Assembly (NCBI GenBank): GCA_051362555.1
Contig: CM120640.1
Coordinates: forward strand, 50,880,788 to 50,944,787
DNA: 64,000 nt
Direction: 5' to 3'
Source: Lingula anatina
Taxonomy: Eukaryota > Animalia > Brachiopoda
Position 1 is the stretch's first letter, and the number at the start of each line of letters is the position of its first letter. A model generated the notes under the pieces. That model ran no database searches. It saw nothing but the letters and a program-made list of their open reading frames with translations, and was not told where the DNA came from. The position numbers and the translations under genes were made by a program. Shown here one piece after another: positions 48,867 through 63,122 of the stretch.

Positions 48867-51790
48867 TCTGTTCTTTGTCGGGCCATGGAAGCAAAATGTA
48901 AATTATTTGTTTTACAAATTAAAAGGAAATAATGAGTGAAATATTCCTCGTGTTAAGACAGAGCTAATTTCGCATTTCACCGCTTTTGACCATTTTATAT
49001 TTTCGACTTTTGATAAATAAAGGGGAAAACGGACAGCGGCACTAAAAATGGGATGATAAGTTAGTTGGGGGGAGAGGGGGGGGGAGGGTATTGACCAATT
49101 CATGCAGGACTTTGACAGTCGTTTTACTAAGCGAGACAAGCATAAAACGGTAGACGAATTTATCTTTAAAAAAGAGTAGGGCACGGGGTGGAAAAATGCT
49201 TGATTATTCGCTCGTTATTATATGCAACTCTATAAAGATTTTATTTCAAAATTCGGTGATAAATTGGGTCATTTGTTGCAGGAAAAAAAAGGTCTATTTG
49301 TACGGCCTTTAAGAGGGAACTACAAATTAAAGTCCCAATAAAAAATCATTGTGGTAAGAAATCTTTCATAAATTTCTCTTTTTAACAGTTAAAAATTTCA
49401 TTAATAAATATCATAAATGAAAACTTAAAACTAAAAAAAAAAAAAGAAAAAAAAAACAAAAAAAAAACAGATCCAATGAAAATATTTTCACATTTACTGT
49501 TTTTTTTTTTTTAAGTTCCAATAGTCAAAAGAGGACCCCCATTGGATATTTTCACTACCCATGAAACCCTCTTTTCATTTCCCCAGATGTGTGAAATGTT
49601 CATATTTTTTAGCGCGACATGTGAAGTACACGTACCATTCCTGTGACGTTAAAATGCAGCTTTTTATTCTTCACCCTGATTATTTGTGATTTTCAAGATT
49701 TTTATCTCACATTATCAGTGAGATGCGAATAAAGTTTTATTTCCTGTGGACTGTGATCAACTATCCCTCTCCCCAAGACCATGAAACCCTAACAAGTAGT
49801 TCTCCAAACTTAATGTTTTAAGAACACCTATAAACAAGTGTTTTTAACATTTAAGTCCCTTTTTAGAGTATTAATTAAGATTAATTTGGTTGTAAGCTCT
49901 CACCTAAGTTAATTTAGTTTAACTTTTGTACAACTTCAACTTTGGGTTACAATTTTACTGAAAAACTATTATTATATAATTATTTTTGTTTAGGAGCGGG
50001 ATAAGGATATTTTTTTTATTTTTGTTTGGGAGGGGATAATGATATAAAAAAGGGTTATCTTCGAAGTCATGGGAAAGGACGCACTGGTGTGGCTTCCCCT
50101 AGGTCTATTAGCACTGGGTTATTTGAGAGTGAAAATGAATGAAAACTAGAGGACCCATCAGAGAGGCGATACTGCCTCCGAGTATATACCACCAGCTGAA
50201 GTAAGCACATTCGTATGGAAAACAAAATAAAAGGACACCACCTACAGTGTTGTGCTCTACAAGCTCTACAAAATGCATTAAGCAAGAGCTCAGTTCATTA
50301 TGGACAGTGGGTCAATGTTCAGTTAAAAGGTCACAGGAAGCCTGTCAATATATGAGTTCCATTCAAATCCAGAAGTAACTAAGATGAAAGGAGTCCCTAT
50401 AATTGTAACCCCACACTATAATATGAGAGCTTAGGTCTGTGAAGTTTCTGAAAATTGGTAAAAGAAATTTTTTGCAGAAAATCCCCATAATTAGAAAATT
50501 TTGGCCCTTTTAACCTTGAAATAAAGTTCAAATCCAAGAGCATATGTGGAATCTCCACATATGACTTTCGGTCAGCCTTCCATAGTAACTTTTCCCATAA
50601 TTCTTTCTGTTTTGGAGATATTTAGCATTTAATTTTCAAAAATTTTGACCAGCATGAGTTTCAACGAGTGTCATGCCTATAGGCCAATGCACCGACTGAG
50701 ACAAAAAACCAGGGGTAGTCCATACTAGGGGTTCAAGTTGAGATTAAATGTGACCTAAATCCCAGAGACGGGGGTCTAGGAGGAGAAACAGTAACGATGA
50801 CTGAGGGTACCAGACTGCGGAGCCGTACAGGCCGGGCCAGGACTAAAAGAATGAGTACAGCGCACAAGCTGATGGTACCAATAAAACACACAGTGCACAA
50901 GATTTATTTATTATTCCAATGTCACTTTATTCTCTGTTTTCATATTTGTAGAATCTTTGTATTCTGGTCTGTAGTTTTTCAACACCCCAAATCCCACCCC
51001 ACCCTCTACCAACAAACACATCTGTTGACAACTTTGACAAAATCATAAATTTTTTGCACTTTTTTTTTAAGCAAACAAAAAATAAATGTATTGGCATTTC
51101 AATTTGGTAAGTTGGGAAAATATCCAAAAATCACTTGACTGCTTGACAATTCCAACTCATTTATTTCTCTTCATCTATGTTCATGGCACAGAGAAGATTT
51201 GAAAATATAAACATACCAATTAATTCATCCAATTTATGTGCAGGGATTGATGCTTGTCCTTTTTGCTGGTTCAAGGTTACATTTAACAAAGCTGAGGCAA
51301 TGGACCTACACAGGACAATATATAATCTGGGCCATTAATATGTGCACTGAGTAACAGTATACAATACCGAATTCACTGCTTATCTGCATTGACGATAAAG
51401 ATGATAAATAGAATATGACTCACTTCTCTCTCTTTTCATGATTTTTTTTATGAAAATGGAATAAAAAGAGATAGTTATTAGTTGTCCATAAATGGCAGTA
51501 TGCCTACATCAAAAGTTTTTTATTGACGATGGATGACACTCACAATCCCAATCCCAATCATGATTGATTATTCTGATATCCCACATCAGACGGGTCTAAT
51601 GATGCACAGTTAACAATAAATCAATAGCGGTAATAAGAATATGAGAGATAGGGAGAAACCAATAATGCACTGGCAAATGAAAGAACAACTAGCAGTAAGC
51701 TGAAAGTAAGAATGGGTTGAGGAGGAATTAAGTTTAAACTCTGGGTACATGTTAGGTCCCTTCACTTGACCAAAAAAAGTTCAGAAACAT

Positions 51791-52069
51791 CCCCTGCGAA
51801 AATTTGTCTCATTTAATGCTCACTTACGGTTCCCAATCTGTCCTAGAATTAACATAATGTTTTTCTCTTTTAATGAAAAATGTTCTTAATCTGTTCTAGG
51901 ACATTCTGAAGGACTTCCCAAAAAAACAGGTCTTGCACTGTTTTATTCATTACAGAACAACATTAGAACTGTACAAAAAAAAAAAAAAAAAAAAAAAAAA
52001 AACACCAAATGTTGTAGAATAGATTGAGTACCATAAGTGAATGTTAAATGAGACAAATTTTCGCAGGGG
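51791..52069. mobile_element. MITE with ~55-bp TIRs and 2-bp (AT) target-site duplication
   Basis: at-cccctgcgaaaatttgtctcatttaa... / ...ttaaatgagacaaattttcgcagggg-at. Confidence 0.8.
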
Positions 52070-52463
52070 ATGAAATTGTTTTTTTTATAATTAAAAAACT
52101 ATGTAGTTTAGTGGTAAAATCTACAGTGTATATAATATAGTAATAAATGGTGGGTGCATTTTACCTTAGCTCATATGGTTATTTTATAATTATTCAAAAT
52201 AGCAATGTTTCCAATTTTTTAGGTCAAGTGTAAATCAAGAGATAAATGAGACATCCATCAGATGGGTCTAATAGGACGGTAGGGGAAAATTAATAACTGT
52301 TATTTTTGTTTTTGAGGTTTTTACTATTGCAGGTTACTTGAATTTGGCACTTTTTAGATTGTGTGTGTGTTGTCACTGTTGTGTGTGAAAAATAAAATAA
52401 AAATCCATAGTGATTTTGATACATCTTTTTTTTCATGTTATATATACTACTGCATGAATTCTC

Positions 52464-52469
<6 letters not shown>

Positions 52470-52555
<86 letters not shown>
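52470..52555. repeat. poly(A) followed by (AT)n
   Basis: Read directly. Confidence 0.95.
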
Positions 52556-52558
<3 letters not shown>

Positions 52559-52774
52559 AGGTCTTGCAGGGAATATATATATATATATATTCCCTGAATG
52601 AAAAATTATTTGTTATTGCTAAATGCAGATAAGTGAGAAAATATTTGATAACTAACATTGGAACTGTGTATTGTCACATTTACGCTGCCAAGGTTCCTGA
52701 AAAGTGTTGCTCATTCCAAACTAACCTACTGGGGATCAATTTCAATATGGGCCCTGTTAAGTTTGGCCAAATAA

Positions 52775-52959
52775 GGCCACATTCACAACAGTGGACTAAC
52801 TTGTCAATGGATCAGATATGGTGACCCACTTAAAAGCTTGCCGTATAATCCCCTAATAGACACTGAATAGGTTTCCTGTGGGGATTAAGCAACAAGCACT
52901 CTACTAGGTGTGCCATCTTTGATCCATGGACTAGTTAGTCCACTGTTGTGATTGCCGCC
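52775..52959. mobile_element. PIF/Harbinger-like MITE
   Basis: taa-ggccacattcacaacagtggactaac... / ...gttagtccactgttgtgattgccgcc-tta. Confidence 0.65.
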
Positions 52960-53497
52960 TTAGTGGGGTTAAATGCCTTTCCTGGAATGAATCCTGCATG
53001 AAATTAAGTGCTATAATTGGTTTAATCGGGGATTCTGCTGAAAGGGGATATCTTGTTTTCCTATCATGATTTTCAGTAACACGTGCTGGCCTAATTAAGT
53101 CACCTTTGGATTACACAGTAAATATTTACAGCATATAAATTTAAATAGTATGACTGAAAAACAAAAAAACATTTTTTTAATCTGATCTTGAAAATCTATC
53201 ATTTGGTCATTTTCTCAATGAAATCCTGTCAGGTATGCCATATAACTTCTAATATATAGAAGACAACTAAGAAAATTAATAAAAAATAAAAACAAACAAT
53301 TTTTTCTTAAATTGATCTTGAAAACTTTTCATTTGATGTTTATTTTCTCAATGAATTCCTGTCTTGTATGCCTTGGTATGAATAAGAAGGGTGGCAAAAT
53401 TACATGAAAAGTGTCTCTATGACAAAGACTCCTCATGGCTCATCTGAGCAATAATCTTATTGCCCTCTTGGCAAATGCCCTCTTGCCATTTCATCAT

Positions 53498-53956
53498 GGG
53501 TCTGCCGAAATTGCGCAAAACGCCGCAATACAGCGCAATACACTTGAAAAAAACGAGTCCAGTCACAAGTAAACACAGGAAACAGCAATTCCAAACAAAA
53601 TAGTCTGATATAAGAACGAAATATATTACTAAATAATCAATGGCCTTGATAAAACTTAACAAATTGGCACATTTTGTTTATCATTGGGTCAACCGCCATG
53701 TTGGCTAGTGGCTCTTCTTGGTCGGTAATATTGTCAAGAAGAGCCACAAGCCAAAATGGCTGCCAACCCAACGATATTAGAAGTAGCGCTGATGTGTTAG
53801 TTATATCAATGATATCAATAATCTAGTCAATTATTTTGCTTTTATATCACCTTATTTTGTTGAGAATAACCGTTTTCTGTGTTTACTTGTGACTGGACTC
53901 ATTATTTCAAATGTATTGCGCTGTATTGCGGCGTATTGCACAATTTAGGCAGACCG
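53498..53956. mobile_element. Mutator-like foldback element
   Basis: Long inverted arms (ggtctgccgaaattgcgcaaaacgccgcaatacagcgcaatac... / ...gtattgcgctgtattgcggcgtattgcacaatttaggcagacc) and 9-bp flanks tttcatcat / tttcatcac. Confidence 0.8.
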
Positions 53957-54704
53957 TTTCATCACAGCTTCTCTAAAGCTATGGCATAACATATGTCAAT
54001 GGCCTCTTGCCATGTCCATGCCTCTTGCAATCTAGGCTCATCTTATTGCCCTCAATAATAACATGCACATCCGTAAGTAAGAAGATTATGACATCTCTCA
54101 TAAGAAACTTTTCTTGATATGAAAAAACTTCAACTGTCCAGTTGAAATTAAAATCTAGACAGGAAATCCATTGCAAAATAAATTACCCAACTAGACCAAA
54201 AACAAGCCCATGCTCCACAACCTAAGAAAATGAAAGAGAAACAAATATCCAAGTGGAGAAAAACACCTTTTTTGGTTTAACATTAGTTTGCTGCAAAACA
54301 TGATCAATCACCAAAATTCATAAATAACTTAAAGCACGGTTTGAATTCGAGTACTGCCTAGTTTTAAAACCTGCTTTAAGGAAGGTTTTGAGAAAAATTG
54401 AATCTGTGACATTGGTAAAGAGTAAATTATAACAGTTGTTACATGTACTTTAATTTATCAAGTCTTAACCAGATTACTCTTAGTTATAGGCAAAACCAGA
54501 CTAAAATATGCTATCAGCCCTTGAAGATCAACCAAGGTCATGAAAACACAAGTATGTAAAGATGTATCAGTAAGAAGAGGTGCACTTTTGAGTAGTCCTT
54601 TCTAGTGCAGATCGATGTACATTGTACTTATTGCAGTACTTGACACAGTGTCAAAACAAAGTTTTAAAAGACAAGTATTATATGCAGCTGAAAGTATTCT
54701 GAGA

Positions 54705-54707
<3 letters not shown>

Positions 54708-54782
<75 letters not shown>
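54708..54782. repeat. (AT)n microsatellite
   Basis: Read directly. Confidence 0.97.
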
Positions 54783-54784
<2 letters not shown>

Positions 54785-57701
54785 CAGTGATCTTTAATGT
54801 ATACAAGTATCTGAAGGCAAAAGAACTAAGATATGAAATATAAAAGGGTTTTCATACATGTATATATGTATTATAAAGGTATATCACAGCATTTTTTCAA
54901 TAATTTCATCTGTTCACTTACAGCTCAAACCATTAGAGCTCATGCCAGTCTTGATCACAGTAAACTAAATGTACATATACACCCAATAGATGGCAGCACA
55001 AATATAAGCATATGACACACCCAGTCCACCCCTCTATTTGCCGCATTCTCTGAACAAGGAATCACACACACTGTCCAGAGGAAATATCTCATGTCTCCAC
55101 TTCCAAGATCATTTTCTGTTTGATATGTATTTTTTTCTACTCTTTGCAAAATCATTGTCTATCCTTTATTTTCAAACAGTAACGGAAACTTTATAAATAA
55201 CAATTATTTGTCACATATATCGTCCAGATTGTCTCCAGTTGTGGAGTAATAAACAATTTAAATTTCACATTACTGCATGTTTTCAGGTACTTCTATCATC
55301 AAAATGATATAGTTGTTTTTACTTTTTTGAAGGTCACACCATGTTAAAAATGGGCCTTGAGATTAATGGCAACATTTCATGTATTTAAGTTCAGTGATCA
55401 AATGGTTTCTATTTACTCAGATGTTTAATTCCCACTTCACTGTTTGTTGAGTGCTAAAATTCTAAAATCAACTTTGAGATAGTGTAAATCTAAAAACAAT
55501 AGAATTTTAAACAATTATTTGCGGAACTGATAAACAATGAAATTCTTTGAGAACTAGTGTGATGTGATCATAAAAGTGAGTTTTAGAGAAAATTTCTGCT
55601 GCATTTTGTACTGATCGGAGTTCAGATCAAACTGTTGCCACCAACTAAACAGGAAGTAACAAGGGCATGGATTTACTTTTCTCTTTCTTTTTTCAATAAA
55701 ATGAAATATTTTTGAGATTCCCTTGAGATGGAAAAATATGACCTCCAGATTTCTCACAGTGCTCAAAAGCATTATGTTTATGTGCTTCACTATATATATT
55801 CTACATTTGCTTAATTTTGAAAAGTGACAAATAAAATAAGTGATCTCTATGTTATCAATAAAAAACTAGTGAGTTAGCATTAGCCAATTTCTTAGCTCTC
55901 TCCTACATGCTTGGATACATGGCATCACATCATCTGGCCTGTCGCAGACTATGTATATTCGGGAGTTGTCAGAATATAACATCGGGTTAAAGACATGTCT
56001 AGGTACCATTTCCTTAACAGGATTAAAAAGTAAACAGGGCCCTAGAATGGGACACAGCAGTACACAGGTATACTGCAGAACCAATATTGAAGCCGACTGT
56101 TCCCTTCATGTAAGGTTGACAGTGCAGTGCCTCCTAATTTTCTTCCAGAACAAAGGAAAATTTCCTATTCACAAAGCATTTCTTGATCTGTTCAGGCACT
56201 TGTAATTGATGTTTTATACCATTTTGATATAAATAATTGAGTTCTAAATATCTAGGCAGACACTAGGACAGACTTCCTGACTTTTCACACAAAATATGTA
56301 CCATGCAGAATCAGATATGGCATTGTTTTCACTTCATAACAAGAAAATGGTTCGAGTTCTGTAGCATAATTTCACTTGGCTTTGGTCAATTAAAGAAAAA
56401 TGTGATTAAAAAATTTTCTTTTGTCAAATTCAAGTTTGTCAGATTTTTTCAAATCCTCACCCATTTGACATGCAAGTACCAATGTTAAAGTTTAAATAAC
56501 ATTCTTAAGGCTTCTTTTTTAATGAACCAATATTGAAAAAAAATTATTAAATTTATTATATAATATTGAAAACCTAGATTGAACTTGTATATTTTGTGCA
56601 AGGCTATTAATTTCCCTTCTTAAAAGCTGTGCCTTCAAGACAAAATGGAAAGCAAATTCAGACAACCTCCATGGTACTTTCTGGTGCATGTAGTGAGTTC
56701 TGCCCTAGTTTCAGAATCCCAATAAATTTACCTTGATACATGTATATGCAAATACTCCTCAAGGTAAAACATGACGTACCAAGTAATATTCTTTATTGGA
56801 ATGTTCACAGTTACAATGTTTGGTTTTCAATTTCTGTTAATTTTTGTACAATGAAACATCCCCTCTAAATATGCCATTCTTTGCTTTTATCTAAAGATAA
56901 TAGGACATGCGGTACAAGTATCAGATATTAGTGATAAGGTAACCAAAGATGTGTGGTGTTGCAAGATGTACCTTGATTTTGCTGAAACAAATCTTATTTT
57001 ACAGACACCACGCAGCAGGTTTGCCACAGTTAGGGTCTTCCATGCCACAATAGGTACATTTATTGTCACATGACAGTAGTGGGAATCAGTATCTTGAACG
57101 ACACACCACACATATTTAATTACCCTGTCACTAACATGATTGTACCAGTTGAAAGTATTAGTTGGGACGGTGTGAATCATTTACTTGATGTATTTCACTG
57201 GGTCAACAATTATTGCACTGATGCATTACTGGGCTACCTTTCATAACAGCATATAATACTACAAACAGATTTATAACATAACTGCCATATGTTCCTTCAC
57301 AAGAGGGATCACAGTTAAGTTGTATTTCTTCAAGGAAACCTTTCATCAAAACAAATCAAACCACTGTCAGATGTGGGTCCCATTATAAAGATTGTAATGG
57401 TACTGACAAAGACCTCATCTTTTTAAGAGTTACTCAGGTATTAATCTCTGCAATTGTGTTATTTCATACCTTGCACATTTTCCCTTAATCACTTAACTTC
57501 AAAAAAATAATGCATCACTGTATATTGGATGGGGTAACTGGGCAGTCTTTGATGAAAAGCATTTTGTACTCATTAAAAGGCACTTTGTAAATAAACATTG
57601 TTCATGGTATTTAGATCCATAATAAGACTAATTTTAGCAATAAACACTTTTAACTTCTTGAATGGCATCATTTTAGGGTGCATTCAGCTTCAGACATTGT
57701 A

Positions 57702-57927
57702 CCAGCTGGGCCTGTCAACTCTGCAGGGGATTGGTTTTAAGTGCAATCAGTTGGATCAGATTGATTGTCTGACACACCTTCTCTAGCAGCCATAGGGTAA
57801 TTAAGACAAGCGCACACGGAAGTTAATTACCACATAGCTGCTCAGGGAGACCTATCATACAATTAAGCTGATCTCACTGACTGCACTTTAACGAGAAGCC
57901 CCTGCAGGGTTGGACTGACCCAGCTTG
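57702..57927. mobile_element. Mariner-type MITE, copy A
   Basis: TA flanks; TIR ccagctgggcctgtcaactctgcagggg / cccctgcagggttggactgacccagcttg. Homologous to 62921-63122 in the opposite orientation. Confidence 0.6.
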
Positions 57928-58751
57928 TATATGTCTGAATCTGAATGCCGCCATAGACTTCTTACAACATATGTTACAATACAAATGTACAAGCAGAAAA
58001 ACTTACCACAAACAGTAATATACCGGTACAAAAACAGTTCTAAAATGTTGTAAGCATTAAAAATTGTAACATATGACACATGAGAATCATAGTACCATCA
58101 TTGTAGCACTTATCCAGTTCCAGCTGGCTCTTATAATAGTTGAAATCTATACATTATAAAAATAAGCATGATGAGTAAACATATCATTTTTCTAAAAAAC
58201 ACTGTATACATGAATTGATCTTCTTATTCCATAATATTTATGAAAATATTAAATTGTGCATTTTAAACATATGCATAGGAATGTATCTTTGGATTTTTTC
58301 TTATTGGAAGAACAATGCAATACATTTTACTAATAAAGCAAGGATCAGATAGATGCCACGACAACTGAACCAGAACAAATTAATCACTGAATGCCATTAA
58401 AATATCCCCCACTCCCCACAAACTGCTTTGTCAAAGAGGAAAAAAGGGCTGGGATAAGTTTTTCTAGTGGCACCCTGATAGATGCACATAAATAGTTTTT
58501 TATGTAATATAAGGTGTAAGTATTTCATGGCGATCAAGCATATGAAGTTTCAGGTAGCCCTCTTATGCCATGGGATAAATTGACCTCTGAGATGTATGTC
58601 AAAGTGAAACATTCACCGAACCCTTCGGTTCAAAATTACCAGGTACCTGGTACACCCCTCTGTGACAGAATGAACTGTCTATAGATAGCTTTCCTGTGGC
58701 CAGAGCTAAGTAATCAACAACTTGTTAAGCTCTTTGTATCTTCAGTGAAAC

Positions 58752-61700
58752 CAAGGAGTTATAACAGAAGGAGATTACACGCAAGCCTTTCTATTGTCCG
58801 ATGTCTGTTACGGTGGGCGGAGCTAGCTACGGGGGGCCTCCGGTCTCAAGGTTTCGTCTGCGTCGCTCTCCTCAGCTTGGAGATAAATTTCATATGCGTT
58901 ATTTCGCGTTAGAATTCGAGATCAGAAATGTCAAAGCGCCGCTGTATGCTGACGATTTTTTTCACAGGTAATTGTTTGGACGATGTGCTGGAAGGGAACG
59001 ATATCATAGAAACCGATTATAAGGTGGTGACTGAGGATGGTCGCCATGAGCTTTTTTTAGTCGGTGATAGATGGCTTTTTTATGGCACAACCCGGTGAAA
59101 AATCACCAAGGAGAAGTCAAAAGAAAACGTCCCAACTGTGGTTTGTGAAAATGACATTCAAGTGAACGTCTGTCCTCACTGCCAAAGGACATAATATTAA
59201 TACATTAACGTTTGGACCCTCCTGCCCTTGGGTCCCATAAACATATACATTGTGACAGTGCCTACGCTTTGTGTCTGGTTTTAAATTTCTTAAAGTATTT
59301 TTTCTCTCACTCGGTATAATTTTAATATTATAATGCATTTAATTAAAATTTTAATCCAAGGTTGAGGCAATGCCACGACACGTCAGTTTACTGAATACTC
59401 GTTATAAATTTCTTTATCTTGGAAATTTCCCTTTTTTCAGGATTATTTGACACGTACTAACACTGTTCATATTTGTCGGTAAACAAGTGCACAGTGCTAT
59501 ACATTAAGAATAATTTTTATTCATTCATAAATACATTTATGTACAAAATATATCAGAAATTTTAGTATTCACTGAGCTCTTTAAAGTGAAACAAATAAAG
59601 ATGAGAATATTGAATTTCAAACTATTATTTACTATATTAACTTAAAATATCTTTAAAGTCAACTCTATACTCAAGCGCTCTATACTCATGAAAGTAGCAT
59701 CTGTGAGTAAAACCATTTTATTATATCAATAGAAGAACAAAAACAAAAATTTTACACATAAGCAGTAATAAATGAAGTCATAAGAATGATTAAGTTGCTA
59801 CAGTTTTCCAGTTTTATGCAGTCTATGATGGCATTTTTTTCAACCGTGCAAATAGAAATAATTATATTCTTTTTTATCTGACTTGCTGATACAAGTCTGT
59901 GCCAGATACTATTCCACTTACAGGCCAGCAAGGTCTGAGAATCTAATGGGCCGAATGAAAAAAAAAATCCTAGAAGATGAAGTGGTTAATTCTTACAAAT
60001 AGGATAAAAAACATGGGATTTTCAAAAGGTTATTATAGATCACGAAAACACTTAGTTAGAACATTTATAAAATGTAACAGCTGAAAAAATTAACTGGTAA
60101 GTAAGCAGTAAGTGACTGCTTTAAAGAAATTTCACTGAAACAGAAATTTCACTGGCAATCAGGTAGACTGTTATACCATGGCACTCAACAATTTATATAT
60201 ATAGGTTTTGAATTTTTTTCCACGTAACAGTAACATAAAATGTATGTCCACTTTTGCAATGTATAGAGTCAGTTAGGTGACTGAAAATATTTTAAAATTT
60301 CATAAAGGAGCACTATTAATTTAATGCAATCTCTGTTGGCCAGTCTTATCCAGTTTCTTCTCCAAAAAGGACAACTCAAGTGAGAATTTCTTCAGGGCCT
60401 TTTCTTCTGCCTTGCTAATGCCATGCCACTCAGAAAAAGAGAGAAACCTGTAGGTTAGAAAAAAAACATAAAAATAGCATTATGAACTACTAGTATCCAT
60501 GTAGACATTATGGAATTACGCAGTGAAGTTTAATGTGTCTTGTTATGACTTGACTGAAATAATGTTCACCACATAAATGAACAATTTACAACTAAATTTA
60601 TATAGAACATCAAGATTCATGATCACAAGCTAATAACCCCAAGAAATTGAAAGAAATTGTACTTATTACAAGAAATTATTTAAATCCGCCCTGGTTCCTA
60701 CTCTTCTGACAGGACAAAAAGGGGATTTCAGAGAGGCGGGTTGCTAAAAGGAAAATGCCCAAGGTTGTTGTATTTTGAAAAAAAAATTAAAAAGGGTACT
60801 GTTGTTAGTGAATGTTTAATGCATCTTAGGCATTATCAAAAGTAACTTACCCCAGACACATTGACTTCCTTTTTTCATTGACATATTTTAATTTTTTCCA
60901 GCCTGACCATAATTCATATATTCAATGCAGCCTTCTCCCATATCTATAATAGAAAAAAAAACTTGAGTAGTGTTAAGATATGCATGTCAAATTCATTATC
61001 AATTTTGAGAGAATTTCTGTTTCAACACTACAAGATGAAATATTTAATTTCAAGTAATGAATAAACCTTAATAGAGTTCTATTCTTTTGTAACCACCAAG
61101 GCAAAGCTTCTTTCTTAAAATGAACTGAAACATCCAAGCTTGCCACCTAACATGCCAAAGTAGTGAAGTATAATTTAAGTAGAGAAGCAAGTACCCCTTA
61201 ATTATAGAGGTGTCTCACACAATAAGGTGTGTCTTACACACCTTGACTCAAAGAGAGATGTGTAGTGAGATAACAGGTAAAGTAATTGGTGGAGCCTAGG
61301 TGAACTTAAAACCTTAAGACTTTAAATTAAGAAGCACCAGGATTCATGTGTGTTCTTTTTTTCAAAGGTTTAATATGAATTAAACCATATATATGTAAAA
61401 AGAAGACTAAATAAGTTAAAAATAACTATACCAAAGACACTGTGAAGTCAAACTTCCTGTTAGACCGCCATGATGGAAAATGCTTGGTGGAGGCAAAATT
61501 TTCCAGTCAAAAAAACTGAGCACTTTACATTAACAACAAAGTTACCAGTCCAAAGCCACCCACCATGGTGAGAAGAAAAATGATGACCAACTGTCATGAT
61601 AAGTCTTTTTAGATTTAAACATGAAAAAGGTAAAGGCCAAAATGGTACATTTACCCATAACACTAGAGTAAAAAATTGGTATTCTGAACAAATCAGGTTA

Positions 61701-62630
61701 TATTTTTCAAGAAATATTGGAGCAGTATCCATGCAATATATACCACGCCACGACCAAGATGTTCAAGAATCTAAACACACCAATTTTTTTTATAATCTTG
61801 CATTTGAAAAGTACAAAAAGCGGTAAGGCTTTTGGCCGTAACAAGCGTAACACTTTTTGATCGGAACTCATGAAAATTGTCAATTGTCGTATCCAAGCTA
61901 GACCACATGTAAAATCGCAAAAAAAAACAATACTGCTCAAGCAAGTGTGTTGCACACATAACAATTAGTTAAATTTTATGACTGTCATGTGACACAAGTT
62001 TCAAAAAGTTATAGGAAAATGTCTTTTGGAGTAATTTTTTTTCGAAATATTAACAAGATGGCGGCTTAAGCATCTGCTTGTTATTCGGCTACTGAAAGTG
62101 CACCTAAGTTTTACTCTTTGCTATTGCCACAAATTACTTAACAATTGCAACTGTATAAAGACCAAACTTTCTTCATCTCATACTATATTTATAGGCACTT
62201 GTTATGAGTGGGAAATATTTTTCGTGCAATATTTATTCTCCACACACCACCTCGCGAGATCAACATGTAGCTGGACACTTACACAGTGAGACCCTACGAC
62301 ATAAAAGTTGCAATTTATCTTCATATTTCGTGTAGTTATGCATTTAAAAGCACTTACCTGTTTTTTGAAAACCTTGTCCAACGTAATATCATATAAATTC
62401 TGCATTTCTCTCATTTTTTAGAAACTTGGGACTCCGTTTCTGTTTCTGACCTCAAAAATCAACAGACGAAGGCACAGATACTAACAAACGAGATTTAAAC
62501 GAGAGTAGCAATTAAGCGTAACAGAGATAGGCATCCATTGTTCTCTGGGTTCTATTCATTCCGACCAATGAGAGACCGTAATACGGGCTCCGCCCCCACG
62601 CGTGTAATCTCCTTCTGTTATAACTCCTTG
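58752..62630. mobile_element. P-element/Galileo-superfamily-like non-autonomous transposon (3879 bp)
   Basis: Perfect 31-bp TIRs CAAGGAGTTATAACAGAAGGAGATTACACGC and a perfect 7-bp direct flank GTGAAAC (58745-51 and 62631-37). No recognisable transposase. Confidence 0.85.
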
Positions 62631-62920
62631 GTGAAACTGACTGAAAACTGTAGGAAATGGCCAGACTTCATGATAAGGTATCTTTTAGTTAATTTTTTTC
62701 CTAAGTAAAATACTACATAAATATAAGGAAAAAATAACATTTTCCAGGTATACAAAATGCAAGTTCATGGTTTTAGTAGGTAAGATTTTATTGAAACTGA
62801 CTGATGACCATGCAAGACTGTGCCCAAGGACAGATGAACAACCCCTATCCAAGTATACCTCAAGAGGTAAGGTATAACAACATTTGGAATCTAAGAGAGA
62901 ATTCAGACAGACATATCATA

Positions 62921-63122
62921 CTAGTTTGGTCTGTCCAACTCTGAGAGGGCTCTGGATAAGTGAAATGAGCCTTAACTGAATGACAGGCCTCCTTGAGCAC
63001 CTAGAGGGTAATTAACTTTCATATGCACTCGGCTTAATTACCTCCTAGTTGCATGACAATTAAGCCCATTCCACTGATTGCACTTAAGGAAAATCCCCGC
63101 AGAGTTGGACCGTCCCAACTCG
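62921..63122. mobile_element. Mariner-type MITE, copy B
   Basis: TA flanks; ctagtttggtctgtccaactctg / cagagttggaccgtcccaactcg. Confidence 0.6.

Noticed and set aside
52290-54797. ORFs with (YI)n, poly-F or poly-K
   Set aside because: Translations of (AT)n and poly-A tracts.
61596-61826. ORF beginning MISLFRFK, superficially THAP-like
   Set aside because: It lacks the C2CH zinc ligands and the conserved Pro of THAP domains, so it is not called a transposase.
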